A DNA stretch of 64,000 nucleotides from a virus: positions 1 through 64,000 of the IMG/VR virus record IMGVR_UViG_3300042514_001858. One strand, given 5' to 3'. Position 1 is the stretch's first letter; the number at the start of each line of letters is the position of its first letter. Shown one piece after another: positions 46,325 through 55,227 of this stretch. A program made the translations under genes and the position numbers. Below the pieces are notes generated by a model. That model ran no database searches, was not told where the DNA came from, and worked only from the letters and a program-made list of their open reading frames with translations.

Positions 46325-47356
46325 TTAGCGGAAGTAGTCTTCCGATGTTCTCAAATCAGACACTTTGTTTTGTTTACCCATGTTTGGTTGTTTTGCGCCG
46401 TGTAGAGCATGACCGTAATCACCATCGTTACCAACTTTATCAGTAACTCCCGTTACTTTGGTTCCTTGATTTTTAGGTTGTGGGCGACCACCAACTTTGT
46501 TATTCTTGGATTGGAATTTGTGAGAACCATCTTTGGAGTTTTTAGCACCAATTGTCCCATCGTTACCAACTTTATCGGTAGGGAAGGTTTCTTCATCTTC
46601 TTCGTATTCCTCTTCGTCGTCATACATATCACCTTCTTCGTCCATTTCTTCGCCTTCCATATCGAAGTCTAGATCATCACCTTCGTCACCAAGGTCTTCT
46701 TCACCTCCAAGAACGCCCATAAGCACATCATGAAGTTTTTGAGCAGTAGCACGATCAAGAGTAAAGGTAACTTCATCACCCATATCTTCATCACCCATGT
46801 CATCACCCATGTCATCACCGAATTCATCATCAGTAGGAGCATCGGAAAGACCCAATGCAGCGTTTTCAGCGTCTTCGGAGAAATCGCTACCCATAACAGA
46901 TTCAAACAATTTATCAAATGTAGATTTTTTCATCATAAAAGTATTTAGTCTTTCTCTTGCAATTTTTTTAGATTCTTTAACAATATTTTCTTCAGCTTCT
47001 TCTCTTTGCATATTTTTTTTCATATTTTTGAGAGTTTTCTCAAAAGAAGCTTTTTCTGTATCAGATAGATTAGGATTTTTTAATTTTTCTTCAATTTCAG
47101 AAATTCTACTATATTGTTCTTCATTGTCTTCTTCATCACAACCACAATCATCATCATTCAATGCTTTATGGAAACCACCTTTTTCTGTCGGTCCCCCTTT
47201 TTGAATGTCCATTTTATCATTAAATGCATTTTTTGACATTTTAGGAATTTTTTTCGATTTGTTGATGTTTTCCTGAGCATTCTCATTCACAACGGTTTTA
47301 ACACTTTTAAGCATTTCTCCGTAAACATCTCCTAGTGTTGTTTGTTTTTTTCTCAT
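46325..47356 (-). CDS. highly acidic late protein (putative prohead core/scaffold-like)
   Basis: Long D/E/M/G tracts; followed by a strong terminator; internal TAAATA-N5-ATG at 46936. Confidence 0.65.
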   Translation of the reverse strand: MRKKQTTLGDVYGEMLKSVKTVVNENAQENINKSKKIPKMSKNAFNDKMDIQKGGPTEKGGFHKALNDDDCGCDEEDNEEQYSRISEIEEKLKNPNLSDTEKASFEKTLKNMKKNMQREEAEENIVKESKKIARERLNTFMMKKSTFDKLFESVMGSDFSEDAENAALGLSDAPTDDEFGDDMGDDMGDEDMGDEVTFTLDRATAQKLHDVLMGVLGGEEDLGDEGDDLDFDMEGEEMDEEGDMYDDEEEYEEDEETFPTDKVGNDGTIGAKNSKDGSHKFQSKNNKVGGRPQPKNQGTKVTGVTDKVGNDGDYGHALHGAKQPNMGKQNKVSDLRTSEDYFR

Positions 47357-47359
47357 AAA

Positions 47360-47725
47360 TTATGGTTGATATGGTTTATTGGTTACAGTTACAGTTCCAG
47401 CATTAACATCCATATCGAATGAATTAGTTGGATATTTCAATTCAACAGTGGAACCATCAAATTGTGCCAATTCTGAAATTAATTGTGTCAATTTAGCGTG
47501 AAAATGGAAAACTTTGAATACATCAACTCCCAATTCATCGATAATTTCTTGAGGAGTCAAGTTTTCATGATTCCACATGATATCAATACCATCTCTCTGT
47601 GTCTTAACCAAATTATTAAAGCAATTTTTTGATAATTGTTTAATACGTCTGGTTGTATTTTCCAGTTTAATCTTCTTTGGCACTGGCACTCGTAATGGTA
47701 TTGTATTGTCTCCTAATAATGACAT
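47360..47725 (-). CDS. hypothetical late protein
   Basis: 121-aa ORF; TAAATA-N5-ATG. Confidence 0.65.
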   Translation of the reverse strand: MSLLGDNTIPLRVPVPKKIKLENTTRRIKQLSKNCFNNLVKTQRDGIDIMWNHENLTPQEIIDELGVDVFKVFHFHAKLTQLISELAQFDGSTVELKYPTNSFDMDVNAGTVTVTNKPYQP

Positions 47726-47729
47726 GCTA

Positions 47730-48530
47730 TTATTTAGCTAAATTTTTCCAAAATTCGTATCCATCTGTAATTTTACATAAATTTTCCCCTAAAATTTCAA
47801 TTGCTTTAGGTTTTGATGGAATAACTGAGCTTTTAATTTTATGTAAATCAACATAATTATAAACACCATCATCTTCTATTGTTTGATTTATAATATTTTT
47901 AAAATCGTGATTACATCTAGGTATTTCGAGAAAATCCCAAATTACGTTCATAGTTCGTTCTGGTTCATTCGTAAGATAATCGTAATCAACCAATAAAAAT
48001 CTATCACCCAATCCTCTTTGAAAGGCATCTTTTAAAATATTATATGCGACCCCAACTTCACCATTTAAACTAGCCCAATGCATCATTCGACCTTCAGTAT
48101 TTATACATTGCGGCATCGGTCCTTGGGGTGGAAATTTATAAGAACCTTTTCTATAGAGAACTTCAAAAGAAGCCAATACTTCTTTTATATCACGCACAGG
48201 TGCAATAATTTTAACTTTTCTATTGGTTATGGTTTCCAACATCTCAATACCGCCTCCCCAACCTCTACACTTATCTAAAACAAATTCTTTATCAGTATCG
48301 TGATAATTCTGTAAAGTGCTTTTTAAAATTCTTTTTAAATTATCATCTTTTCCAGCATTTTTATCTGCTCTGTGTTCAATGATGTTATTCCAAGAAACTT
48401 TAATATCGTGTAATAATTGAAATAATCCTGATGTGGGGGTGCAAAAAACTTTTGGATTTTGTGCCATGAGATTCATCAATAATGTGCTACCTGATCTAGG
48501 TAATCCCGAAACATAGTGTATGTTTTTCAT
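47730..48530 (-). CDS. PAPS-dependent sulfotransferase family protein
   Basis: 5'-PSB loop SGLPRSGSTLL, 3'-PB VRD...LAS, YDYLTNEP. Confidence 0.85.
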   Translation of the reverse strand: MKNIHYVSGLPRSGSTLLMNLMAQNPKVFCTPTSGLFQLLHDIKVSWNNIIEHRADKNAGKDDNLKRILKSTLQNYHDTDKEFVLDKCRGWGGGIEMLETITNRKVKIIAPVRDIKEVLASFEVLYRKGSYKFPPQGPMPQCINTEGRMMHWASLNGEVGVAYNILKDAFQRGLGDRFLLVDYDYLTNEPERTMNVIWDFLEIPRCNHDFKNIINQTIEDDGVYNYVDLHKIKSSVIPSKPKAIEILGENLCKITDGYEFWKNLAK

Positions 48531-49399
48531 GCTACAATTTTTTCAATATTGAAGATATCTTCAATATTATCATATGGACATTCATGAACCAATCCATTGA
48601 AACTGTAATCATATAAATATGAATTTATATTACCCATGGGAAAAGATTTTTCTGGAATTATGTTATTATGAATGTTATAACCAAATACTTCAGGTTGTGT
48701 TCCGACCCACATCACAGTTGATGGAAGATTCATTGCAGCGGCAGCATGTTGTAAAGATGAATCAATTAAAATTCTTTTCTGTGAAAATTCCATCATTGCA
48801 CATAAAATCTTTTTGTTTAAGAATTGATCAAGTCTAACCACATTCTGCAATGAGGGATGGTGGGGGTAACAGATATGTAAAATTGTGTATTTTTCTTTGA
48901 AATGATTGACTATATCTTGAGCTATTTTCGGATGAATATCTCTCATCCAAGAATATGGGATGTCTTGATTTTGTGGACCACCAAAAGGTTGAAATATCAA
49001 TAATGGTTTATCGGTATTCGGTAAAAATTTGTAAGCCATCTCTTTTTCACGGAAATTAAAATTGATGTTCGGTAACTGCTTATCAAATTCAACGTCAAGC
49101 ATACCACACCAAGATTCAATTACGTGTAATTTTTTGGTAATGTGGTTTGTTGTTTTATATGGATCATGTGCAAAAATATCAATATTTTTATTATAGATAT
49201 AATCTTCGTAAAAATATGGTGTGCTACCCATTAAAAAAGATCTTTTGATATTAAAATCATTTTTAAATAATTCGGGATAAGCAGTAGTGACAATTATATC
49301 AGTATCTGGGTTAGATTTTTTATAAGATCTGATTACTGCGGTTGCAGCTATATTTTTTCCCAAACCACCTTCAATATGGAACAGCGCGTTTTTCAACAT
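48527..49399 (-). CDS. glycosyltransferase (GT9/GT-B-like)
   Basis: GGLGKNIAAT N-terminal motif; IDSSLQHAAAAMNLPSTVMW C-terminal motif. Confidence 0.75.
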   Translation of the reverse strand: MLKNALFHIEGGLGKNIAATAVIRSYKKSNPDTDIIVTTAYPELFKNDFNIKRSFLMGSTPYFYEDYIYNKNIDIFAHDPYKTTNHITKKLHVIESWCGMLDVEFDKQLPNINFNFREKEMAYKFLPNTDKPLLIFQPFGGPQNQDIPYSWMRDIHPKIAQDIVNHFKEKYTILHICYPHHPSLQNVVRLDQFLNKKILCAMMEFSQKRILIDSSLQHAAAAMNLPSTVMWVGTQPEVFGYNIHNNIIPEKSFPMGNINSYLYDYSFNGLVHECPYDNIEDIFNIEKIVA

Positions 49400-49423
49400 G
49401 CGTAGATTTAATTAACTTTGTGA

Positions 49424-50815
49424 TTAAATCAATGCTATTTTTTTAATCACACCATTAATATTTACTACTAGGCATGTACCACCGTTTGTAGTTGATAGTG
49501 GGTATGTTGCCGACCCCAATGCTAATTGATTGTGGCTTGTTGGAATAGCACACGATCCAAGAGCGATGGATGCTGATAAAGATGCGCCAGATCTATATCC
49601 TATAAAAATTGAGTGACAAGCATTAATAGCACCACTACCAGCACCATTACCTAAGAAATTAGAATTACTTGCATTCGTAGCACCATTACCAGCACTATAA
49701 CCTAAGAAATTAGAACTACTTGCATTCGTAGCACCATTACCAGCACTCTGCCCTAAGAAATTGGAGTTATTTGCACACGTAGCACTACTACCAGCACCAT
49801 TACCTAAGAAATTGGAGTTACATGCACTATAAGCACCACAACCAGCATTGTTACCTAAGAAATTGGAAACACATGCATTTGTAGCACCATTACCAGCATT
49901 ATAACCTAAGAAATTAGAGTTACTTGCACAAAAAGCACCAAAACCAGCATTATTACCTAAGAAATTAGAATTACAAGCATACGTAGCACCAGAACCAGCC
50001 TGATACCCTAAGAAATTAGAACTGCAAGCATCTGTAGCACCAGAACCAGCATTATCACCTAAGAAATTAGAACTGGAAGCATTTGCAGCATTATTACCAG
50101 CTTTATAACCTAAGAAATTAGAATTATTTGCACCTGTAGCACTACTACCAGCACTCTGCCCTAAGAAATTAGACTTACTTGCACACGTAGCACCATTACC
50201 AGCACTCTGCCCTAAGAAATTAGAATTACTTGCACAACAAGCACCACTACCAGCACTATTACCTAAGAAATTAGAATAACTTGCACACGTAGCACCATTA
50301 CCAGCACTATAACCTAAGAAATTAGAACTACTTGCACAAAAAGCACCATTACCAGCACTATAACCTAAGAAATTAGAATTACTTGCACACGTAGCACTAC
50401 TACCAGCACAATTACCCAAGAAATTGGAACCACTTGCACCTGTAGCACTCTGACCAGCACTTTTGCCTACAAAAAAGCTACCTGCGCGTGTTGCGCTAAT
50501 AGGTAAACTACCTATGTTGATCGCACTTGTAGCAAAAGTTTGAGTCGTTGAGAAATTATTATCAACGTTCACTTTCGCGTAATTAGCAGAATTAGCACGG
50601 AAAGTAGTCGCAGTGCTTTGCCAGTTGGATGATAAGCTACGAACTGTGGTTGCAGAACTTTGCCAGTCAGAGGATAAGCTACGAACTGTGGTATCCGTAT
50701 AATTTTTGATAGAGCTTAAAGGAGTATTGTATGTTACCCCCTTTTGATTCAAAATAAAAGTCTCACCACCAGATAGGGGTGTTGTTGCTGGATCATATTG
50801 GGAAATCTTAGGCAT
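49424..50815 (-). CDS. fibre/adhesin-like repeat protein
   Basis: 16 copies of 17-aa SNFLGxxAGxxAxxAxx; N-terminal PKISQ..PLSGGE fibre-type motif; TAAATA-N5-ATG. Confidence 0.75.
   Translation of the reverse strand: MPKISQYDPATTPLSGGETFILNQKGVTYNTPLSSIKNYTDTTVRSLSSDWQSSATTVRSLSSNWQSTATTFRANSANYAKVNVDNNFSTTQTFATSAINIGSLPISATRAGSFFVGKSAGQSATGASGSNFLGNCAGSSATCASNSNFLGYSAGNGAFCASSSNFLGYSAGNGATCASYSNFLGNSAGSGACCASNSNFLGQSAGNGATCASKSNFLGQSAGSSATGANNSNFLGYKAGNNAANASSSNFLGDNAGSGATDACSSNFLGYQAGSGATYACNSNFLGNNAGFGAFCASNSNFLGYNAGNGATNACVSNFLGNNAGCGAYSACNSNFLGNGAGSSATCANNSNFLGQSAGNGATNASSSNFLGYSAGNGATNASNSNFLGNGAGSGAINACHSIFIGYRSGASLSASIALGSCAIPTSHNQLALGSATYPLSTTNGGTCLVVNINGVIKKIALI
49614..50428 (-). 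repeat. 51-bp tandem coding repeat (16 units)
   Basis: Recurrent cctaagaaatt...accagc at 51-nt period. Confidence 0.95.
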
Positions 50816-50820
50816 GTGAT

Positions 50821-50841
50821 TATTTAGTCATCAATTAAATA
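50821..50841. promoter_or_regulatory. back-to-back T4-type late promoters (TAAATA) for divergent fibre and gp25 operons
   Basis: Minus TAAATA 50826-50821, 5 nt to ATG 50815; plus TAAATA 50836-50841, 5 nt to GTG 50847. Confidence 0.75.
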
Positions 50842-50846
50842 ATAAT

Positions 50847-51332
50847 GTGAGTATTAAAATATCATCTCTTCAAAAGTCAAAAGCACAAAAAAATGCAAGT
50901 TCTTCTGGATATTTGTATAAAGATGTCAATTTTGACCTCAAACCAGCTTATTCTTACAATAATCAATTGAATAGAAAAGAAAATTTGAAGGATATTCAAG
51001 CTATATTCGACGTTGAAGCGATTAAAAATAGTATTGTTAATTGTTTCTTGACTGCACCTGGTCAAAAGATATTGAATCCTACCTTTGGTATCGATCTGAG
51101 AAGATTTCTGTTTGAACCTGTGGATGATTATACCTCGGAAATCATCGAAGATGACATCTCAAGAAGATTACCTCTTTTAGAACCAAGAATTACAGTGACA
51201 GATGTTTCAGTAATTGCTGATCCCGATGCACAGGAATATCGAATTTTTCTACAAATCAATATCCCATCTTTAGATGTGGAAGGTTTAAGTATTAAATCAA
51301 AATTAAACACCATCGGTTACACTATCCTCTAA
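50847..51332 (+). CDS. gp25: baseplate wedge subunit
   Basis: YKDVNFDL...AIKNSIVNCFLTAPGQKILNPTFG..LFEP...EPRI. Confidence 0.9.
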   Translation: MSIKISSLQKSKAQKNASSSGYLYKDVNFDLKPAYSYNNQLNRKENLKDIQAIFDVEAIKNSIVNCFLTAPGQKILNPTFGIDLRRFLFEPVDDYTSEIIEDDISRRLPLLEPRITVTDVSVIADPDAQEYRIFLQINIPSLDVEGLSIKSKLNTIGYTIL

Positions 51333-51342
51333 ATAATAAAAA

Positions 51343-53148
51343 ATGAAAGAATCTATTGAATATAATTTACCAAAAAATGCTTACATCAATTTTGATGCGC
51401 TTTCTCTCAAAGATTTCATCATTCAAAAATTGAATGAAAATTCTAATTTCACTGATCAGAATTATGAAGGGAGTAATTTAGCTTCTTTTATTGATATCAT
51501 TGCTTTTAGTTACCATGTTTTACTGTTTTATTTGAACCAGACAGCTTCGGAGAGTATGTTTTCTCAAGCTACGATTTATGAGAATATTAACAAAATTGTA
51601 AATTTGGTTGGGTATAAACCTACTGGTAAACAAACATCTCTAGTTCCTGTGTCATGTGTGGCGAGTAATTCTTTGGGTGTGGGTAATTACACATTAAGAA
51701 AATATGGATATTTCTTGATTGATAAAATCCAATACACAATATTGGAAGATTTTAATTTTGAAAAATCAGTTACTGGTTCACAGGATATTGATAGCATTAA
51801 AAATAATTTAATCCTTTATCAAGGTACAGTTGGGGAATACCCAATATACACTGCAAATGGCGATGAGTTTGAAACTCTTCCGATTGTAGTAGTTAATAGA
51901 GTTGATACCAATGATACAAGATTTATTTCCGATGGAACTGTCAGTGTGTATGTCAAAGAAAAGAGTGATGGTAAATGGTATGAATATCAAGAATTGGATA
52001 ATATTTTCCTCGCTAAAAACGATGATCGTTACTACAGTGTTCGTCTAAACGATTCAGGATTTTATGAAGTCAAATTCGGTAATGGTATTTTCGGTAAAAA
52101 AATTGAATCTGGTGATGAAGTCGCAATTTATTACATCCTGAGTGATAACCTCAATGGTATTATCAGTAAAGGTGCTATCAATGGTAACAAATTGTTCAAT
52201 TTTAACTCCACTAGATTTACTCAAATCTATAATGATACTACAAATTCCAACAGTGAAAATGTAATTGATTCTGTAAACAATTCGTTTCTGTTTTTCACCA
52301 ATACAGACAATTCCACTGCTATATCGGAAGCAGAAAGTGTCGAGCAAATCAAAAACAACGTTCCCAAATATTTAAATTCTCAAATAAAATTGGTAACTGA
52401 GGATGATTATGATACTTTCTTGAACAAAGAGATATCAAATATCATTTCTTCTGTCAAGACTGTCAATAACAAAATTTTTATTGATAGTTACATTGATTAT
52501 TTCTACAAAATCTGTGTTGATCCCAATAAATCAAACAGAGTGATCATAAATCAAGTAAATTTTGCAGATTCTTGCGACTTCAATAATGTAAACGTGTTTT
52601 GCGTTCCTAAATTTAGTCTAAAAGATGATGGCGCATATCCACCTTTTCTATCAAATAGTTTGAAAAATTTAATCATTGAAAAAACAAAAGATAGAAAAAT
52701 TTTAAGTCATGAAGTAGTTCCTCGTGATCCAATTTATGTCGCTTTCGATATTGGATATACCAATGGTGTTGCTAATAAAAGTGTCTTAAATACAAGCAAA
52801 TTGGAAATTGTTCGTAAAAACGACTCTAAAACAAATCCTGAAAATTTGAAAAAGAAAGTTGGCGATATTATCTTATCATTTTTCGATAGTTCAAGAAATG
52901 TTTTAGGTCAAAAGTTAGATATTTCATCGCTGACATCGGACATATTAAGTTTGGAAGGGGTTGCCAATATAAGAACAAGAAATGGTAATGAGATTTTCAA
53001 TGGTATTTCATTTGTATCATGGAATGCTATTTATGAAGACGTTGATGATCTTATTATCAATCAAACGACAACATTACCATTCTTCAAATTCCCTTATTTC
53101 TTCAATCCTCAATCAATATATCAAAAAATTTCAATAGTAAATGAGTAA
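51343..53148 (+). CDS. gp6: baseplate wedge subunit
   Basis: FTDQNYEGSNL..IDIIAF, VGYKP, YEVKFGNGIFGKK, ESVEQIKNNVP, LVTEDDY. Confidence 0.88.
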   Translation: MKESIEYNLPKNAYINFDALSLKDFIIQKLNENSNFTDQNYEGSNLASFIDIIAFSYHVLLFYLNQTASESMFSQATIYENINKIVNLVGYKPTGKQTSLVPVSCVASNSLGVGNYTLRKYGYFLIDKIQYTILEDFNFEKSVTGSQDIDSIKNNLILYQGTVGEYPIYTANGDEFETLPIVVVNRVDTNDTRFISDGTVSVYVKEKSDGKWYEYQELDNIFLAKNDDRYYSVRLNDSGFYEVKFGNGIFGKKIESGDEVAIYYILSDNLNGIISKGAINGNKLFNFNSTRFTQIYNDTTNSNSENVIDSVNNSFLFFTNTDNSTAISEAESVEQIKNNVPKYLNSQIKLVTEDDYDTFLNKEISNIISSVKTVNNKIFIDSYIDYFYKICVDPNKSNRVIINQVNFADSCDFNNVNVFCVPKFSLKDDGAYPPFLSNSLKNLIIEKTKDRKILSHEVVPRDPIYVAFDIGYTNGVANKSVLNTSKLEIVRKNDSKTNPENLKKKVGDIILSFFDSSRNVLGQKLDISSLTSDILSLEGVANIRTRNGNEIFNGISFVSWNAIYEDVDDLIINQTTTLPFFKFPYFFNPQSIYQKISIVNE

Positions 53149-55222
53149 TTACCAACAATTTGATTTTAAAATCATTGATTATAAAAATGAACAAGTTCTT
53201 AGTGCATATGCTCTAAAAGAAACACCATTAACATTTATACCGAATGTTGAGAATTTATTTTATATTAGAGTATTGTGGGATTTTGGTGATGGAACATATT
53301 CCACATCATTAACGGCTAACAAATATTATGACAAGGCTGGGAAATATGACACCAATCTAACAATTTTCGATTGCTATTCAAACGCTATCATATCAAATAC
53401 GATCAAAACAGTTAATATCAAAGACTATTTGGTAAACACCTTTAAAATAGACTTTGAAGATGCATCGTATTATGACAATATTATATGGAAAAATGGAAAG
53501 ATATCAGGTCCTTTAATTGCTTCGGCAACTTACCCAAGTAATGTCACTCCTTCCACCATATTCTACAGAATAAGCGGAAGTGGTAGTGAGTATTATTTCC
53601 AAGATACTCCAGATAAATTCAGACATTTAAGAAACACATATTCTTTTTTCGAAAAGATATACAATCAGACAAAAAAGCAATATGAATATATCGAGATTGA
53701 TAAAATTGAAATAGATACAGTTCCAGTATATGCTAAGGTATCAAATAATAACATTATACTAACTAATTCTACAGATGTATCAGCGTTTTATGTCGGTTTA
53801 TCAGGTAATAAGCAAGTTTATTTCAAAGACGATAGTGTCAACAAATTGCAAATCGATCTTTTCTTTGATAAAAGAAACAATAACATATGGGATAATAATT
53901 TGAAAGTGTCTCTATCTGCTAATATTATTCAAAACAATGAAGTAGATAATTTTAGTGTCACATCAAATGGTATGGATGGCGAATTTTATGCTGAAAATTC
54001 TTTCAATATAGATTCTCAAAAGTTTTCAAACGTCGATATTCCCTTTGTCATCAAAGTTAAAGATTCGGAACACTTTACAGTTAAGAATTTTAAACCTCTT
54101 TCTGCTTCAAACTTGGTATATACGGTGTTATCTTCAAACGAAGTTATTTCATCTCAATATTATACAATATCAGCTAAAGATTCTTTCAGTGGTGCAATAA
54201 GAAATACCATACGTTTCACTTCGCCAAACAAAATAAATGATGTTAAAATCACGGTATCTGGATCAGTATCATCTGTCCAAGGTAGCGCATACTCTTTGAA
54301 TGGTGAGACATCTGTATTTGATGTTTATCCACAGAATTTCTTAACAATTGAGAAAAAGAATGAGAGTTACGATGCCACTGAAATGTTTAAGGATTTACGA
54401 TTCCAAGAATTTCTTTTGGATGATAGTATGCTGTTTGATGAGTTTATTGGGTCTATATTTGGAACATTGACTTCATCTTATGATACTCTTGGTAAGAAGA
54501 TATACGAAAAAATAACAAATTTTGTTCAAAATATTCAAGATGTTGATAAGAATGAGATATTCCCATTAATTTCACAAATGAAAATGCTGAATACATCGAA
54601 TAATGTGTTTGAAGACAATTCTTTCACTTATCCAGAAAAAATTAAAAGAATTTTGGATCTTTTTTCCATCAGCAACAATAAATTGTTGGGTATTGATAAC
54701 AAATTTAAAGAAAATTTCGATTTGAGAGGATATTCATCTAAGAGTGTATACGGTATCAATCTTGGAGATCAGATAAACACGAATACTTATGTGGTATCTG
54801 CTGGAACTCCTATTGTAGCACTTGAAAAATTTAGTAATAAATACTCTCTATTGAATACTGAGCAGCCTGTTGAATATACTACAAATACCGTCTATACATT
54901 ATCATCCTACAATCAAAATTGGGGATGGCCGTTGGTATTACCTGATACTTTCCAATTTGAAGATGTGGAAAAATATTACTTATTTTTTGAATATGTCGAT
55001 ACTTTCGATAATACTCTGTATGATAACACTATAATCAAAGATAATACGTTATATGACATGTTATCGGGGGAAAACATCATTAGAGATAATGATAATGATC
55101 CGATTTTGGATGAAAACGGTAATTACATTTTCAGTGAATATGTCACACCGTCTTACAAAGACTTCACAATGGGAATTGTATTACGTGATACGCTTTATCA
55201 ATCATTATCTTTGGTTAAATAA
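53141..55222 (+). CDS. baseplate/virion protein with PKD-like domain
   Basis: LWDFGDGT...YDKAGKY PKD motif; follows gp6. Confidence 0.65.
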   Translation: MSNYQQFDFKIIDYKNEQVLSAYALKETPLTFIPNVENLFYIRVLWDFGDGTYSTSLTANKYYDKAGKYDTNLTIFDCYSNAIISNTIKTVNIKDYLVNTFKIDFEDASYYDNIIWKNGKISGPLIASATYPSNVTPSTIFYRISGSGSEYYFQDTPDKFRHLRNTYSFFEKIYNQTKKQYEYIEIDKIEIDTVPVYAKVSNNNIILTNSTDVSAFYVGLSGNKQVYFKDDSVNKLQIDLFFDKRNNNIWDNNLKVSLSANIIQNNEVDNFSVTSNGMDGEFYAENSFNIDSQKFSNVDIPFVIKVKDSEHFTVKNFKPLSASNLVYTVLSSNEVISSQYYTISAKDSFSGAIRNTIRFTSPNKINDVKITVSGSVSSVQGSAYSLNGETSVFDVYPQNFLTIEKKNESYDATEMFKDLRFQEFLLDDSMLFDEFIGSIFGTLTSSYDTLGKKIYEKITNFVQNIQDVDKNEIFPLISQMKMLNTSNNVFEDNSFTYPEKIKRILDLFSISNNKLLGIDNKFKENFDLRGYSSKSVYGINLGDQINTNTYVVSAGTPIVALEKFSNKYSLLNTEQPVEYTTNTVYTLSSYNQNWGWPLVLPDTFQFEDVEKYYLFFEYVDTFDNTLYDNTIIKDNTLYDMLSGENIIRDNDNDPILDENGNYIFSEYVTPSYKDFTMGIVLRDTLYQSLSLVK

Positions 55223-55227
55223 TAAAA

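Noticed and set aside
49614-50428. 51-bp repeats as a CRISPR array or DGR target
   Set aside because: Repeats are in-frame coding units without unique spacers; no cas, reverse transcriptase or separate template repeat seen in the window
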